Source: Bugula neritina
Taxonomy: Eukaryota > Animalia > Bryozoa
Reading direction: 5' to 3'
Length of the DNA stretch: 64,000 nucleotides
Assembly (NCBI GenBank): GCA_964035545.1
Contig: OZ037766.1
Location: forward strand, 14,064,722 to 14,128,721
Shown: one piece after another, positions 1-12,900 of the stretch
Layout of the letters: each line of letters opens with the position of its first letter
Position numbering within the stretch: the first letter of the stretch is position 1
Made by a program: the position numbers and the translations under genes
The notes under the pieces: model-generated
What the model was told of the DNA's origin: nothing
What the model saw: only the letters and a program-made list of their open reading frames with translations
Databases searched by the model: none

Positions 1-393
1 ACAGAGTACCTCAAGGAATTATTATTCAACCTAGTCAACTAGTGTAGCTAAGGTATTACATACAGGAGGGGGCAGTCTTTAAGGAATCTGGGTGTATGTT
101 CACATGCAGTTACCTAACTCACAGGAATGTTTTGGCTAAGCCAACTGAATTGTAACTTAACACCATTGATATGCCCTATTGGTTTCATTTTTAAAAAGCT
201 TGTTGTGTTACAATGATATGTTAGTTATCCTTTAAGAAAGTTCAGTATGAAACAGCATTCACTGCTTAATGAAATTCAACTTGGTGCATCAAGCTTGCTA
301 GTCAACATTAGCTGTAGTAAAACAATTTTCTAGTAGCATCAGGCATAGTTCATTATAAACCCCTATTTGGTATCAACAACTGTTATTCAAGCT

Positions 394-441
394 ACTTCTC
401 AAGTCACTTCTCAAGTCACATCTTAAGTCACTTCTCAAGTC
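394..441. repeat. 12-bp tandem repeat (ACTTCTCAAGTC) x4
   Basis: acttctcaagtc acttctcaagtc acatcttaagtc acttctcaagtc read directly. Confidence 0.85.
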
Positions 442-928
442 AAACTCTAGCATTCTAGCTGTCTCATAGTTATGTCTGAATCATAGGCTGTTGCTCTACT
501 AGTATTTCATTATAGTTGGATGTTGGTTTTGATTAAACCATTAGCATTAGCAGGTGCATTATTTAAAAAACAAACTGCATGACTGCTGTATTTACTTTTC
601 CATTAACATGACTTTTATTTATTTTGAAAATGCACCACTCTATTTCTTGTAAGATATGCTACATGCCCACAAATTATTATTTCTCAGCAGGTGACAATTA
701 TTTCTCTAAAGTCGAATTGATAAAAAGCTTCAATATGTGTACTCTTTTTATGCTGCTTTAGCAATTTCTACCCACATGGATTTTTTTCATTTTTAATTAA
801 TGAAAGTTATTTTCAAAATATTCTAAATGATTAATTATTTCCTTTTGTTGCTGCAATTCGCTAGAATTAAAAGTAATTTTCAAGGTCATTTTCCTTGACA
901 AACCAACCATGTTCTTACAATGTTGTAG

Positions 929-3900
929 AGAGTGAGTCATCTCTGATGACCTCAGCCAGGTCTTCTCTTAGAGCTCGCCGAGATCGTTTAGCTCGAAGAG
1001 AGGCTTTACAGAACAAGGATGCTCAGCCTAGGTGTGTACTACTACTCTTTCTACTTGTTGCTACTGGCAAATTGTATAAACGCATGCAAAAACATATATC
1101 CAATTTCACTTGTCAAGTTTTTCCATTTTTTTTTCAATGGTTTTCATCAATCTGAATTTTCACACAAGCATAGTGTTGCACAATATCGTGCGAGTTTTTA
1201 ATATAAGTTGAATTGTACGTAGTCCCACAGCCACCACCCTTACCGAAGAGACCACTGCTAGGACTTACGCACCTCAGATTTCTCAGGGGACATCAGGTAG
1301 ACGTAGGAGTCGTCTCATCAATGAGTACAGTCAGCCTGTAATAGAAACTAATGATGATGAGACAGCACTCTCCCTGATTGCTTCCTCTAATATTCTCTCT
1401 ATGGATGATTCATCAGTTCGAGCTAACAGAGGGCTTACAGGTTAGTTATTGTCATGTCAACTTTAACAAAGCTATGGGGTAACTATGGTTTTATAAAGTA
1501 CATATTGTATAGCAAGGTTCCCTCTAGTGTATATCAAATGCAGAATGCAAATTTAGCACATAGAAAATTAGCAGTGTTTCCTGTGTGTTGTCTTTTTCTG
1601 GAATATTCTTCCAGTGGAGAACTAATATTTTCATATATAGTAGGAAGTTTGTGGGTTATCTCTGTATGAAAGTTAGGCTGTTGTGTATAGACAATCAGAG
1701 TTCACCTTTTATCGTTGAAGTTTTTAAAAAAAATTCTATAAATATGTTCAACAAAACCTTGTTACTTGCTTATTGCATTTAAAATGGTGCTACTGATATT
1801 TATTTTTTCTGTTTGTGTTGGTTATGTTAGGAACACCATTTGAAACCTATTATGAAATTAGAGTCAATTTTTTGTTTTTTTTTCAACACAACACTTTGTT
1901 ACATGAAGATATTTTTTAAGCTGGTAAGTATTTTTAGCCGGTGGTGACTCAGTCACGGTTTCACCCCGAGACAATCAGCGGTCAACACTGAATGCGGCGC
2001 CCTCTGTTGATAGTGTAGCAAGTGATGTGTCTGCAGGTATACATTACAGGATTGGTTGTGTAACCCAGCATACTTAACACAACACAGTGTAACACAATAC
2101 TGCACAGCGAAATGTAGCACAATCTTCTCATGTAGCTCACTTCTATATGAATTTCTAGAGCACTCTAGACTCTACATAGCTATGAGTTGCTAAGTTTGCA
2201 GTGAAGCATGCAGCTTCAAGCTGTATGTATGTTGATGCCATGCCATGCTACTGACCATAATAACCCAGCAAGCTTCACACCACAGTTGCTTTTGCTTTTG
2301 CAGTGCTTGTGTTTTATTTTAATGACGGTATAATATAACAGAACCAGATAAATATGATACATTACATGCAATGTATACAGGTCTGTATTTTTGCAATATG
2401 AGTTCATGAAAAAGTTTGAGCTACTTTAAAAGCTGAACAATTAATTAGTCCATCACTAACTGCAGGTGAGCAAGGCTCTATGAATAGCATGAGGAGATCA
2501 CTCCCAGCTAGTATGAGGTCTAGAAGAACTCGTAAGGACCTTCTAGTTGACGACATGAGGACACGAACACCGAGTAGAGAGCTCATTGCAGGTCACATCA
2601 ACGGGTTAGCAGATTCCACATCCTCTGCATCAAAGGCAAATTGTAACACTAATGGGACAACTCCAGAAAACAACAACAACATGAGGTATGGCTGGGTGGC
2701 AATTAGTGCTTGAACTTGCTATCTGCTCAACATTTCAATGTTGTTTTATTCTAAATGTGTACATACAAAAATAAGACATTTCTCATGATATCTCCAGGGA
2801 TTTTATTGGTAGTCAGGTGAAAAGGTTCTTGTTTTCCAGTGCTAGAGTAAATGGATGATAATAAATTTCACACCTCTTTTACACCATCAAATGTGTTTTT
2901 GGTTGTAATAATTTAATACCTGATCAAGCAAATTTTTTAAAATTGATCTTGCTCTGTGAATAGTAGCTGTGACTTATAGAGTATTATGTTTATGCTGGCA
3001 GAAAATATTGTATTGTTGATGTAGAATAAGTAAACTACTACGTACTGGCAGTTATTTGCTTGAAAGTCAGCTTGTCCAATAAATTACAATTTTCTCTAAT
3101 GTTGATTAGTCTACGGCCAATCTTGCAGCCTGACCATGTAATTCAAAAGAACATGCATCTAAAAACGTCTTGCCAATGAAAACAATTATACAGCTGACTG
3201 TCACAGTTTTTAAATACCCAGTATTAGGTTAGTGTTATATGCTGTCTTTTGGTTAAAATTTAGTGCCAACCAACATCATGTGATGTTGAATGTTTGAAAA
3301 AATTCAAGCAAGAGAATTGTCTCCTTTTTCAAAGCAGGTTCTAGATATCTGTTGTGCTCAATAATTTAATAAGGGTCGGTTGTAAAAGTATAATCTAATA
3401 GTTGGATATTTTCATAAAAACAAATAAGTCATCAAACTTGAAAAAGCCTGAAAGTACATAAACTAATATACACGTTATATAAATTGTCCATCAGTTGGTT
3501 GAAGTTCATGTTGCTACTTAATATTTCAAAGGGCCTATGCTTTTCTACATGACTAAAATAGATCTGGTAGTATATTAAAACATGGTTTAGTTTGCAGTTC
3601 TGTTCCGATGACCAACACTTAAAGCTTTTCAGTTTGACTAATAACAAATTATTTAATTAGCAGTGCAATTTACCCTGAACTGTCATGAGTGACTGTAAGC
3701 AGACCAGAGTCATTATATTATTATGTTACTCGTTTGTTTCACACCTTTCTCTATGGGTTCAGTAGTCAGTGCTTTGTTTTTCACCAACTTTACTATGCAG
3801 TGTGTCAATTTCTTGCATTCATTGATGGCGGACTGATTTAATAGCTTTTTGATACCTTTGTTTAAAGTTAACAATGCATTATGGGTATGATTAGTAGCAG

Positions 3901-6900
3901 TCCAAGCAGCAGTAAGTACTCATTGTTGTTTCTTTGAGGTTGTATCCTTGCTGTCTTCTACAGGCACTCTGTTTAGTTTTTTGTATGCCAGTTTCGTACT
4001 TCTTTGTATTGTATTTTTATTTCGTGTAAATTATTAGAAATGTTGAGTATCGTCAATTTATAATTGTAATGTTTGTTGTATTTTTTGTTAGCTGTACTGA
4101 GTGCGAGTTGTATTAAAATACCTACAGTGTAATGTAGTGAAGTAACATCATTACTTCAAGTTATATCACTATGTTAAATAATGACTGTGTGGAGTAGTAA
4201 TTGTGTGAGGTGGTTGCAATGTGCTTACATAGTGAAGTGGTCATAGTATGTCTACTGCGTGGTAACATGGTGATAGTATGCTTACTGTTACTGTGTGAGA
4301 ATGGACTCGTATATGTTTGTTTGTGTGCACGCAAATGTATATATGTGTATATTGTGACTCCACTATATGCTTTTCTAGATTCATTTATTGGTGTTTTTGC
4401 TACACATTCATATAATTGACTTGGTTGCAAGTTACTATCAGATAATAGGAATGTAACACCTTGGTTGTTATTGTGTTCAGGTAACTATCTTATTCTGTTT
4501 CAAAGAGAAAAATGTAGTCATTGTGTAGATGTATGTAGATGGAATCACTTTACTGAATGTAGATGAAGATGAACTACTAACAAAGCTGCTGGCAAATGCT
4601 GTGAACATCACCTTCCTTTATACTTACAGCCAAGTCAACACAAACAGGCGAAAAAGTCTGTTAGATGAGACAAGCAACTCTAAAGCCGTTCCATCAGATG
4701 TTCTGGACGGGAAGTCGTCTTCTTTGGCAAAGACTCCAGTAGAACGAACTGCTTCTGGCTCAACTACCATGTCTGCCAATGCTGTCGTTGGTGAGACCAG
4801 AGAGGAAAGAATCGCCAGGTAAGTTTTATTTTAATTAAAAATCTAATTCTATAATATAATCTAACATTATGTAGTCACAGATGTAATGACAGTCAACATG
4901 AAGCACTAGTGAAGTTGTCTTCTTTTTCAATACTAAAGCATTATGTTACAACAAAAATAAGGTTCAGCATAATGAATTAATTTAACAGTTGTGGTTGCTA
5001 CTAATGTGTTTTGAGCAGCTATATAACATAGTAACATAGCAATAAATAGCAATTCTAATTTTTTTCAAAAAATCAAGTTTTATTGTTTTTTATGAATTGC
5101 ATAACACTCTTTAAAAATACATATATATCTACCGTATACACTTGTGCTATGCAAATCTCTTTTGTTAACTTTGCTCCTATCAGGTTGAAAACAATGTTTT
5201 AAAACATATATTGGGTTTAAGCTTTATAATTGTTTATTTCGAATAAAATTACTAGAAGCATGTAACTTCACAGTAGGTATAGCATTTATGTAATGTAACG
5301 GAAATGTCTGGCCAAGTTAGCATAATTTTCTATGAGTTATGCAAAAGGCCAATAGTAGATTTAGTATTGGTATATCTGTTTTAGATATAAAGAAATGAGA
5401 AAAGCTGCCTTAGCTGCTAGGAATGCAGAAGAGAATGGTAGTGGTGGAGGCAGCGGGTATATAACAAGACATTTACGCAATCGAGAGCACAGTGGTCATA
5501 GTCATGACAGGTATGTTGCTGGCAAGTAAAACATATACGCTTGATTCATGTCGTCTTCTGCTGTTATATAATCTATAGGCTAGAGCGTTCCTATGCATTT
5601 GCTCTATCTTTGCAAATGCCTATATGATTTATATATTGAAATATTCTAATTTAAAACTTGTCTTGCTTCACTCTGCCAGAAACAGAGAAGATGATACAGG
5701 AAGTGGTTACGTTCCTCGATGGAGAAGATACAACAGAGATGATAATGATATAGCCAGTAGCTCTAACACTTCTAGTATGACAGATTTACATGTGACTAGA
5801 AAAGATTCTTCTGCCAGTAGCGACAGCGTTGACGCTGGACATTGTAAACTTACATACGAGAACCTTAAACTTCATGATAAACTGAGTAGCTCATCACCAC
5901 CCTATTCAAGTCTAAGTAGGCTGGAAGAGGGCCCTGCGATAGCACCCGTACCACTAGAGAGTATTGGGATTGAACCTCAGGCTTCATCTGAACGTAAACA
6001 TTCAGCGTCCAACAGGTTTGTATACAAGTTATCTTGGTGGTTTAGTAGATGCTGCGGTCATTTTCATCCCATCTGTGAATCTGTTGTTTCCTATTTGAGT
6101 CACAACCTCTCTAAGTGGTGTTTTGGAATTAATAAAGGCATTTCTTTTTTCTTATCTAGAGAAGTTTGGGCAAGTAACTGCAGTTGATTATTTATACTTT
6201 TTTTCTCTACTGTTATGTTGTGGTGTTTATTATTTACTACTCTGAATTTAAGAAGAGAGGGCATCATAATTGCCATTAGCTGTTATCATATACAGTGCTC
6301 CCTCCGTACCTCACAGATTCTTTTATCATGAAGTTCTATGGGTCACAAGAAAGGGTTTGAACCCCCATTTTGAGGCTTATGTATACAAGTATAGGGACAA
6401 AATGGTTGAATTTAAAGAAATCACGAGTTAAATCTGGTATTCTACTGTGTCAAGAATTGAGGTTTCAGGACTTGTAGCTTAGTGAGATACAGAGGGACCA
6501 TTGTAATGTCCTTTAGGCTGCTCAATACATACTTGTTGAGATAACTGCTGTTGGTAAAAACTTACAATAATTAGGAGTTAGCTTCCCTCTGTCATGTTCA
6601 GACAACTCATTATTTTGCTAAAGCAATGTGACAAAATGCTCAGGCGATCATATGCTGAAAAACCAGTGTTAGTAATGATATAAAAATAATTTTAGTAAAA
6701 ACATACTTTAACTAAAGTGAGAACTGACAGGGTACTTAGGCTAAACCTGTTGGGAACCATTGGTTTAACAAGTTCTTAGATTTAAGTTTGTTGGAAAGTT
6801 GTTGGAGTTTGCTCATATATCCTAAGGGTCATAAATTTCAATGTAAATAATAAATAACAAATCATAATACAATACCATATTCTCTGAGTTAGTGCTGAGA

Positions 6901-9900
6901 AACATACTAGTGGGAGTTATATTACTTTCATTTCAAATTTGACGTGTTGTCTTTGGAATTGGAGTGAGTTTGTAATCAACACTGTCTTAGTTGTCAACTA
7001 GTTGATTAAACATTGTAGAAATAGAAATTTAGGAGTAAACAAATAAAATCCATTTAATAATTGCAATAGTAATTTAGGCTACTAGTATACATGAGCTACT
7101 AGTATACATGCATTCACCTTTTGATGTAATATGCTATGTTGCAGTATAGCATTTTTACATACTAATTGTATTATTCTATGCCAAGCTTGTAGTATTTTTG
7201 ACATGCAGTAACAACTCAGAGTGAAATTTTTAATTAGGATCTTCAAAACCTGTAGCCCAGCCCATCACTGCAACCCTATCAACTTTAGAAATTTCAATGC
7301 TATAGTCATACCATGTTTTTGATTATCAATATTTTAGATATATCTGCTCAATATGAAAGTTATCTATGCTATTTATCAATCATTTAAGCTGAGTTTAACA
7401 AGCCTAGCAGTTCTACACACTTTGCAATGTCTCATTTACTAGAGGAGGATTAGTTTTCAATATTAGGCTAGGAAATTCACTAATAGATGAGATAGTTCCT
7501 ATCAATGTGATTGGTTCACTGTTTACTGATAACACTAAGTTGACTGTTTAACATTGAGTAACAGACAGACGCTAGCCGTGAGACAGGTAGGTTATAGACT
7601 GTAGAGTAAAGCTAAGTGGATCTCTTTGCATAAATATGCAAGAGATTTAGTCACCTGAATGACTCATACGTCTGTTATTAGTCACTGAGTTTGACTACCA
7701 TTATAGTTTGGTAACTTTGTGTAATGACACTGTAGGAAACACTCTACCACTGACTATACTCCTGTCAATTCACCTGCACTTGGCGATACAGAAATACTGA
7801 GGACTATCAAAAGAAATTCAGCATACAAATCTTTCAGCTTTGACAGGAAAGTTGAATCTTCTACTGAAGCTGATCTTGATTCTACTACTGGCCATCATAA
7901 CTTACAGCCGAGTGGAGCCGAGTAAGTTGAAATACTTTACTAAGCTAGCTTAGTCTGTTTGCCCAGGACTACTATAAGTAGTCCTGTACTATCTTACCTT
8001 TCTAGTGTTTTTTTTTACAGAAAGCCATAAACTGGAGGATCAAAATTCAGTTTGCTTTTTTTATCCTAGGTTACTCTTTACTCTAAAGGTAGGTTATGAA
8101 GTGTACTGTAAGGGTCTATTCAAAAGTTACAGTCTGTATATCACCTTTTGTATAACTTACTTCCTGTTGGTTCAATAAGTGCTAGTGGCAGTATGCGTTG
8201 TACTTTTGCTGTGACTAATTCACCAACCAAATCTTATTGTTACCTACAGAAGTTATTCAAGCAAAAAGTTTGTAATAATGAGCATCAGGCCATTAGATAA
8301 TTAGTGTAGTAGCTTAGTTTGACAAGGATAGTGGTTTGAGTTGTGCACCATTGGGATCTGATAGTAGAATTCTACCATACACATCATCCTCACCAGTTAA
8401 ATACTATAGGTAACCATTTTTGATAGCTGTAGTCATCATCAGCAGGCATAGTTTTGTTAGTTATATTTGAATGATTTTAAATTTTATTACTTTTCATACT
8501 TCATACTTAGCTTATATGCTTGACATGCCGTATCTTAAATCCTAGATTAGCTTTGAGGTGTAACCTTTTAAATTTTTCAAAAGGAATTAATATATTCACT
8601 TAATTAATATCAACTTCATTAAGAACTTCTTTGAGATTTGACAATTGAATCTTTATTAAAAAAGCTATGCATCAATCAACATTAAACTTTTCATATGCTA
8701 GTGATACTTATGACTGCTTTATACCATGTTTGCTTGCCAATTTTATATTTTACAATTTTTGTCAACACCTTTGGAGATTACCAGAACATATGGTTGATTT
8801 CTTGACAGTTCCCATCTAGTTTGGTGACAACACTACAGCCTAACCTGTAGAGTGTAGGCTATGGGAAGTTGACACGATGGCAACTATTGATGTACTTTGT
8901 CAACCCTTGTTAAAATAACACTACAATCACCTTACTACATCCTGCAACATGTTCTCTTGCTTCCTATTTCACCACTTTTCAGTTTTAACACCAAATATAA
9001 TGAGACTGAGTTGACTTGAAGCCAAGTACTATATAAACCTGTTGATTATGATTTATAACATCTCAAAGTTCTCTTTGAGTGAGAAACCAGCTTTATTCTC
9101 ATGCTGTCTGGCAGAACAGTTCTTGTTAACTATTCTTTCTGGTGGGACTCAGCTCTGTTAGGGGTTAGAGTTAAGCAGCTGCTCATCTCTATAAAGAATT
9201 TTTCCATAGCTTACTTGTCTGTAAATCAACAACTTCAAACTTTCCCTCTCTTATGGTTATAATGTGGACTTAGGCTGACAAAGTCGAACATTTTTTGAAT
9301 TAAAGTTACAAATTTTGCACAAAAACTCTATCTCAGGTTGAAGTAATGTAGGGAATGTTTTGAAATTGGAGATTTCGCTATCAAACAGCTTGAGTTACTT
9401 ATATGATTATATGGTTTTATGGGAGCACTCTAGCATTGAAATAACAATTTATTTATGGTTGTTTTGATAGTAGTTCAGTGATAAAAACTATTATAACATG
9501 GTTCGAATTCACAGTCACAGTTGTTGAAGGTATATAGCTGAATGTAAAGCATTAGCCTGTAAAGTTGAGTGCAGTTGCGTAGTTGGGCTAGTCATAAGTG
9601 TCTTGTGACAATAATATAGTTTCTTCTCATTTCTTGCAGTTCAATACTCTTCGCTTCACTTGTAAACTAGACTAGTAATAACCATTATTAATTTATGCAT
9701 CAGTTTAGAACTATACAGTCATTGAACCATAAATTTGTATAATTCGTGTAGAGAGATGCATACAATCAGGTATAGGCTTAACACTAATTTACCAGTATAT
9801 TCTATCACTCACTGATTCACCACTCACTAATGTGTCTATGTAACTTTCAGGTGATTATAAATTATTGTAGAAATATAGCCGATGGTCCTCGAACACCTTC

Positions 9901-12900
9901 CACAGTGAGGGACGGTGGCATCCACAAGAGTAGCGTCCCATCAAATAAAAGTAGGTCTGATAAATACTGTTGATGTAATCGTGGGTGGGGGAGTATTTCT
10001 CTTCATCCTTTTTCTTATCTCTACCAAACCTTTGTGCCTGTCCTCTAACATGATATACCTGAAATATAGCAATAGAACCAAAGCTTCATCAGTATTTGTA
10101 CTAAAGATATAGCTGTTTACAAGTCACATATTAAAAGATACACTTGTTTTTTATAAGTGTTTGAAAACTGTATTTTACCTTTTATTGTGCATTCTTGTTG
10201 TAATGGCAAAATACTTACCAACTCCTTCTGGGATCATTCGTGGTGGTCGTGCTTAGGCTGTATTAGTTCTCTGCTCAACACTATTGCTCTCACAGTTACT
10301 AACAAATCTTACCATTGCCATAGTCTATTTGGTGGGAAATATGTTATGATTCTAAAAAATTAAATTTTATAAACCAAGTGTTCAGATCAATGGCCAGTGT
10401 TGGCTGCAAACAGCTTCATTGGTTTTATTGTCTCATTGTAGGCTAGTCTTTGAATGTTATTAGTGGAGGGCTAATGGCCTAACTAGTAGATTGAGATCAA
10501 GTGGTATTGAACTATATTATAACAATTCATTACTGATTTAAAGCATTTAGCTATATCTATTGAGTTTATTCTTCATAACAAATGTGTATATATTTAAAAA
10601 TTATTGTAAAGTGGGTGTTGTTTGGGTTATTTTCAGTCACAGGAAAGTTCTCTAGGTTGCCTAAAATTTTTGTCTTGACTTATTATTACATTTTTCTTTA
10701 TATTACGGTACAAGCATCTCATTACTATTATAATATAGTATTTATGAAAGTTATTAGGGCTTCATTTCTACATTCCTTATTCATGGCCTCGGTTATACAT
10801 AAGATGATGACATCACCCTTTGTCTTAATTAGTAGCTAAACATTGTTGGTTACACATTGCTCTTAGTTAAAACTCGTGATTTATGACATTATTACTATGA
10901 TATTCTACGGTATATTGTAATGGCTAGTAAAAACTTTAAAAGTCTTTTGTCATTTTGGCAAAAGCAGGAGAATGGTGCACGAAATGGTATGTCCCTTGAT
11001 CTAATACTAAGTTTACCTAGAGGTGGAGCATGGCACTTTTAGCTAGCTACTAACTGAAGTTATTTCCTTTTAAAAAGAATTAGCTGAAAAGTATTACATG
11101 CAACGTAACTTCTTATAAGACCAGAACAGATATATTATAGATGCAAATAGTATTGAAATGTGTTCACATGCCTAACATTAATAGCTGTGATTATATGTGG
11201 TATGATCATTTATCATTATATTGTGTATATTAGTATAAATATAGTTGTAATACTAATATATTCACCTTTAGTATGTAAGACATGCTGGTAGGTGTATACT
11301 ATACCATATGCATTATAAACCGGAATATTCTGTTACAGCACAAGACCAGCCAACTGTGGCGTCTGCTGAAACCAGGGCGTCTGCACAAGCTCACTCCGTA
11401 AGTTTCTACTCTCTCCAATTCACTGATAAGTTCGTTAAATTGTTATGCGTTCATTAATTTTCCAGTCAGAGTTCACATCAGTTTTTCAGCCGACTAGAAA
11501 TCATGTACTATAAAAGCTGTGATTTGAAGTTGTTCTTACCACATGCGCTGGGTTTTTCGTGTTTTAGTGTCAATATAATATGTAGATTTTGTCATCATTT
11601 TATGCAACTTGCTTCAATATATTTTCAGATGGAGACTTCAGTAAAGCGTACTGCCTCTGGTCTTAGTGATAGGTTGAAGAAGTTTGAGGTGCCGTCAGAG
11701 CCCACCTCTTCTGCACCAGTATCCAAATCAGTGGCAAAGCCTAGGAAGGTGAGAGAGTTGCCAACTACTTGTATAGTACAAACTAGAAGTACCAGAATGC
11801 ATGCCCTATTAGCTCGCTCAAGCTATGTTTGTTGTGCCTAATTAGCTTTGGTTATTTGTGCCAGTGTTATTTACATGTATATATAATGCTTTGCCTAAAG
11901 TCCCCTTATTCTTAATTATGCCCTTAATCTGACTATTATTTTTATGGCCTAAATGTGTGATAAAGTCCTTTTAATTATATTCAAATGATAAACTTGTTTT
12001 TATTCACTGAATTTTCACAGCTGTAGACAAGATTGAGGAAGAGTTGCCATGTAGGTATAACCACTGAACCCTCTCTGAACATATGGGTGTTAGGTGTTGT
12101 GGCCCGTTAGATCAGTCTTCTTCTAAACTGTGTATTCCCCTGCTAGTGTATTATGACACATTGCACACTGCGTTGGCTTTAATTGATGTGTTTTTCAACA
12201 GCTGGATGTGTCTCGGTTTTCAATGCGCAGTTCAACAGAAGGTTTAGCCGCGTCCAATAAGGTATCTACACCTGAGTCTCAAGGAGATGCTGTGAGCACA
12301 GCTCATAATCATAATGGTGTATCTGCTCAGGTACTACTCTTTATCCTGTATCAGTTTGTTATTAGCAGAACTTTTACTATTAAAACAGAATTGCTTGACG
12401 TTAGGTGATGGTTTGTCGATGTATTGGTGCTTTGTTCTTTCTGCGTGGTGCAACATGGGTTACAATCTAAATATTTCAGAAGAGTGAGAATGCCGCTGCA
12501 ACTGAACAAGGCCAGTCGGATGGGGTGGTGAAAAGAAAGTCCAACTTGCTGTTGAACAAAGGAGAACCAAGGCCAATTTCTATTGCTTCTGATGAACCTT
12601 TACTTGATCCTCAATTGGCAGCAATGCTGGAGGCAAGGAAAGAGAAATGTGGCGAGTCTGGTGGTAAGATTTACTTTTTAATTGTTTTGTTTTCATATGT
12701 GACTCTTAGTAAATTATATTTGTGTAAAAGAGGGGAGGGGAGGTTGCAAAATGTCCAGATCCCTCCTGTTTGACTATAAGATATCAGAAGCTTCTGACAC
12801 TCTACTGTTCTATTAGTTGCAGACGTTACAAGTATTCTGAAATCTCGAATGATAAAGAGAGGGGATCCTGAGAATAGGAAATCAATGATAAGCGTTTCCG

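Noticed and set aside
7565-7586. Possible supervillin microexon with a good CAG|gtaggt donor
   Set aside because: No phase 2-2 reading without a stop, so it does not fit the flanking exons.
7619-7647. Short hairpin TCTCTTTGCATA-AA-TATGCAAGAGA
   Set aside because: Too short for a pre-miRNA or MITE, and expected by chance in AT-rich DNA.
12027-12050. Possible 24-nt phase-0 microexon (TRLRKSCH)
   Set aside because: The acceptor competes with an upstream AG that gives a stop, and the flanking exons join well without it. Too weak to call.
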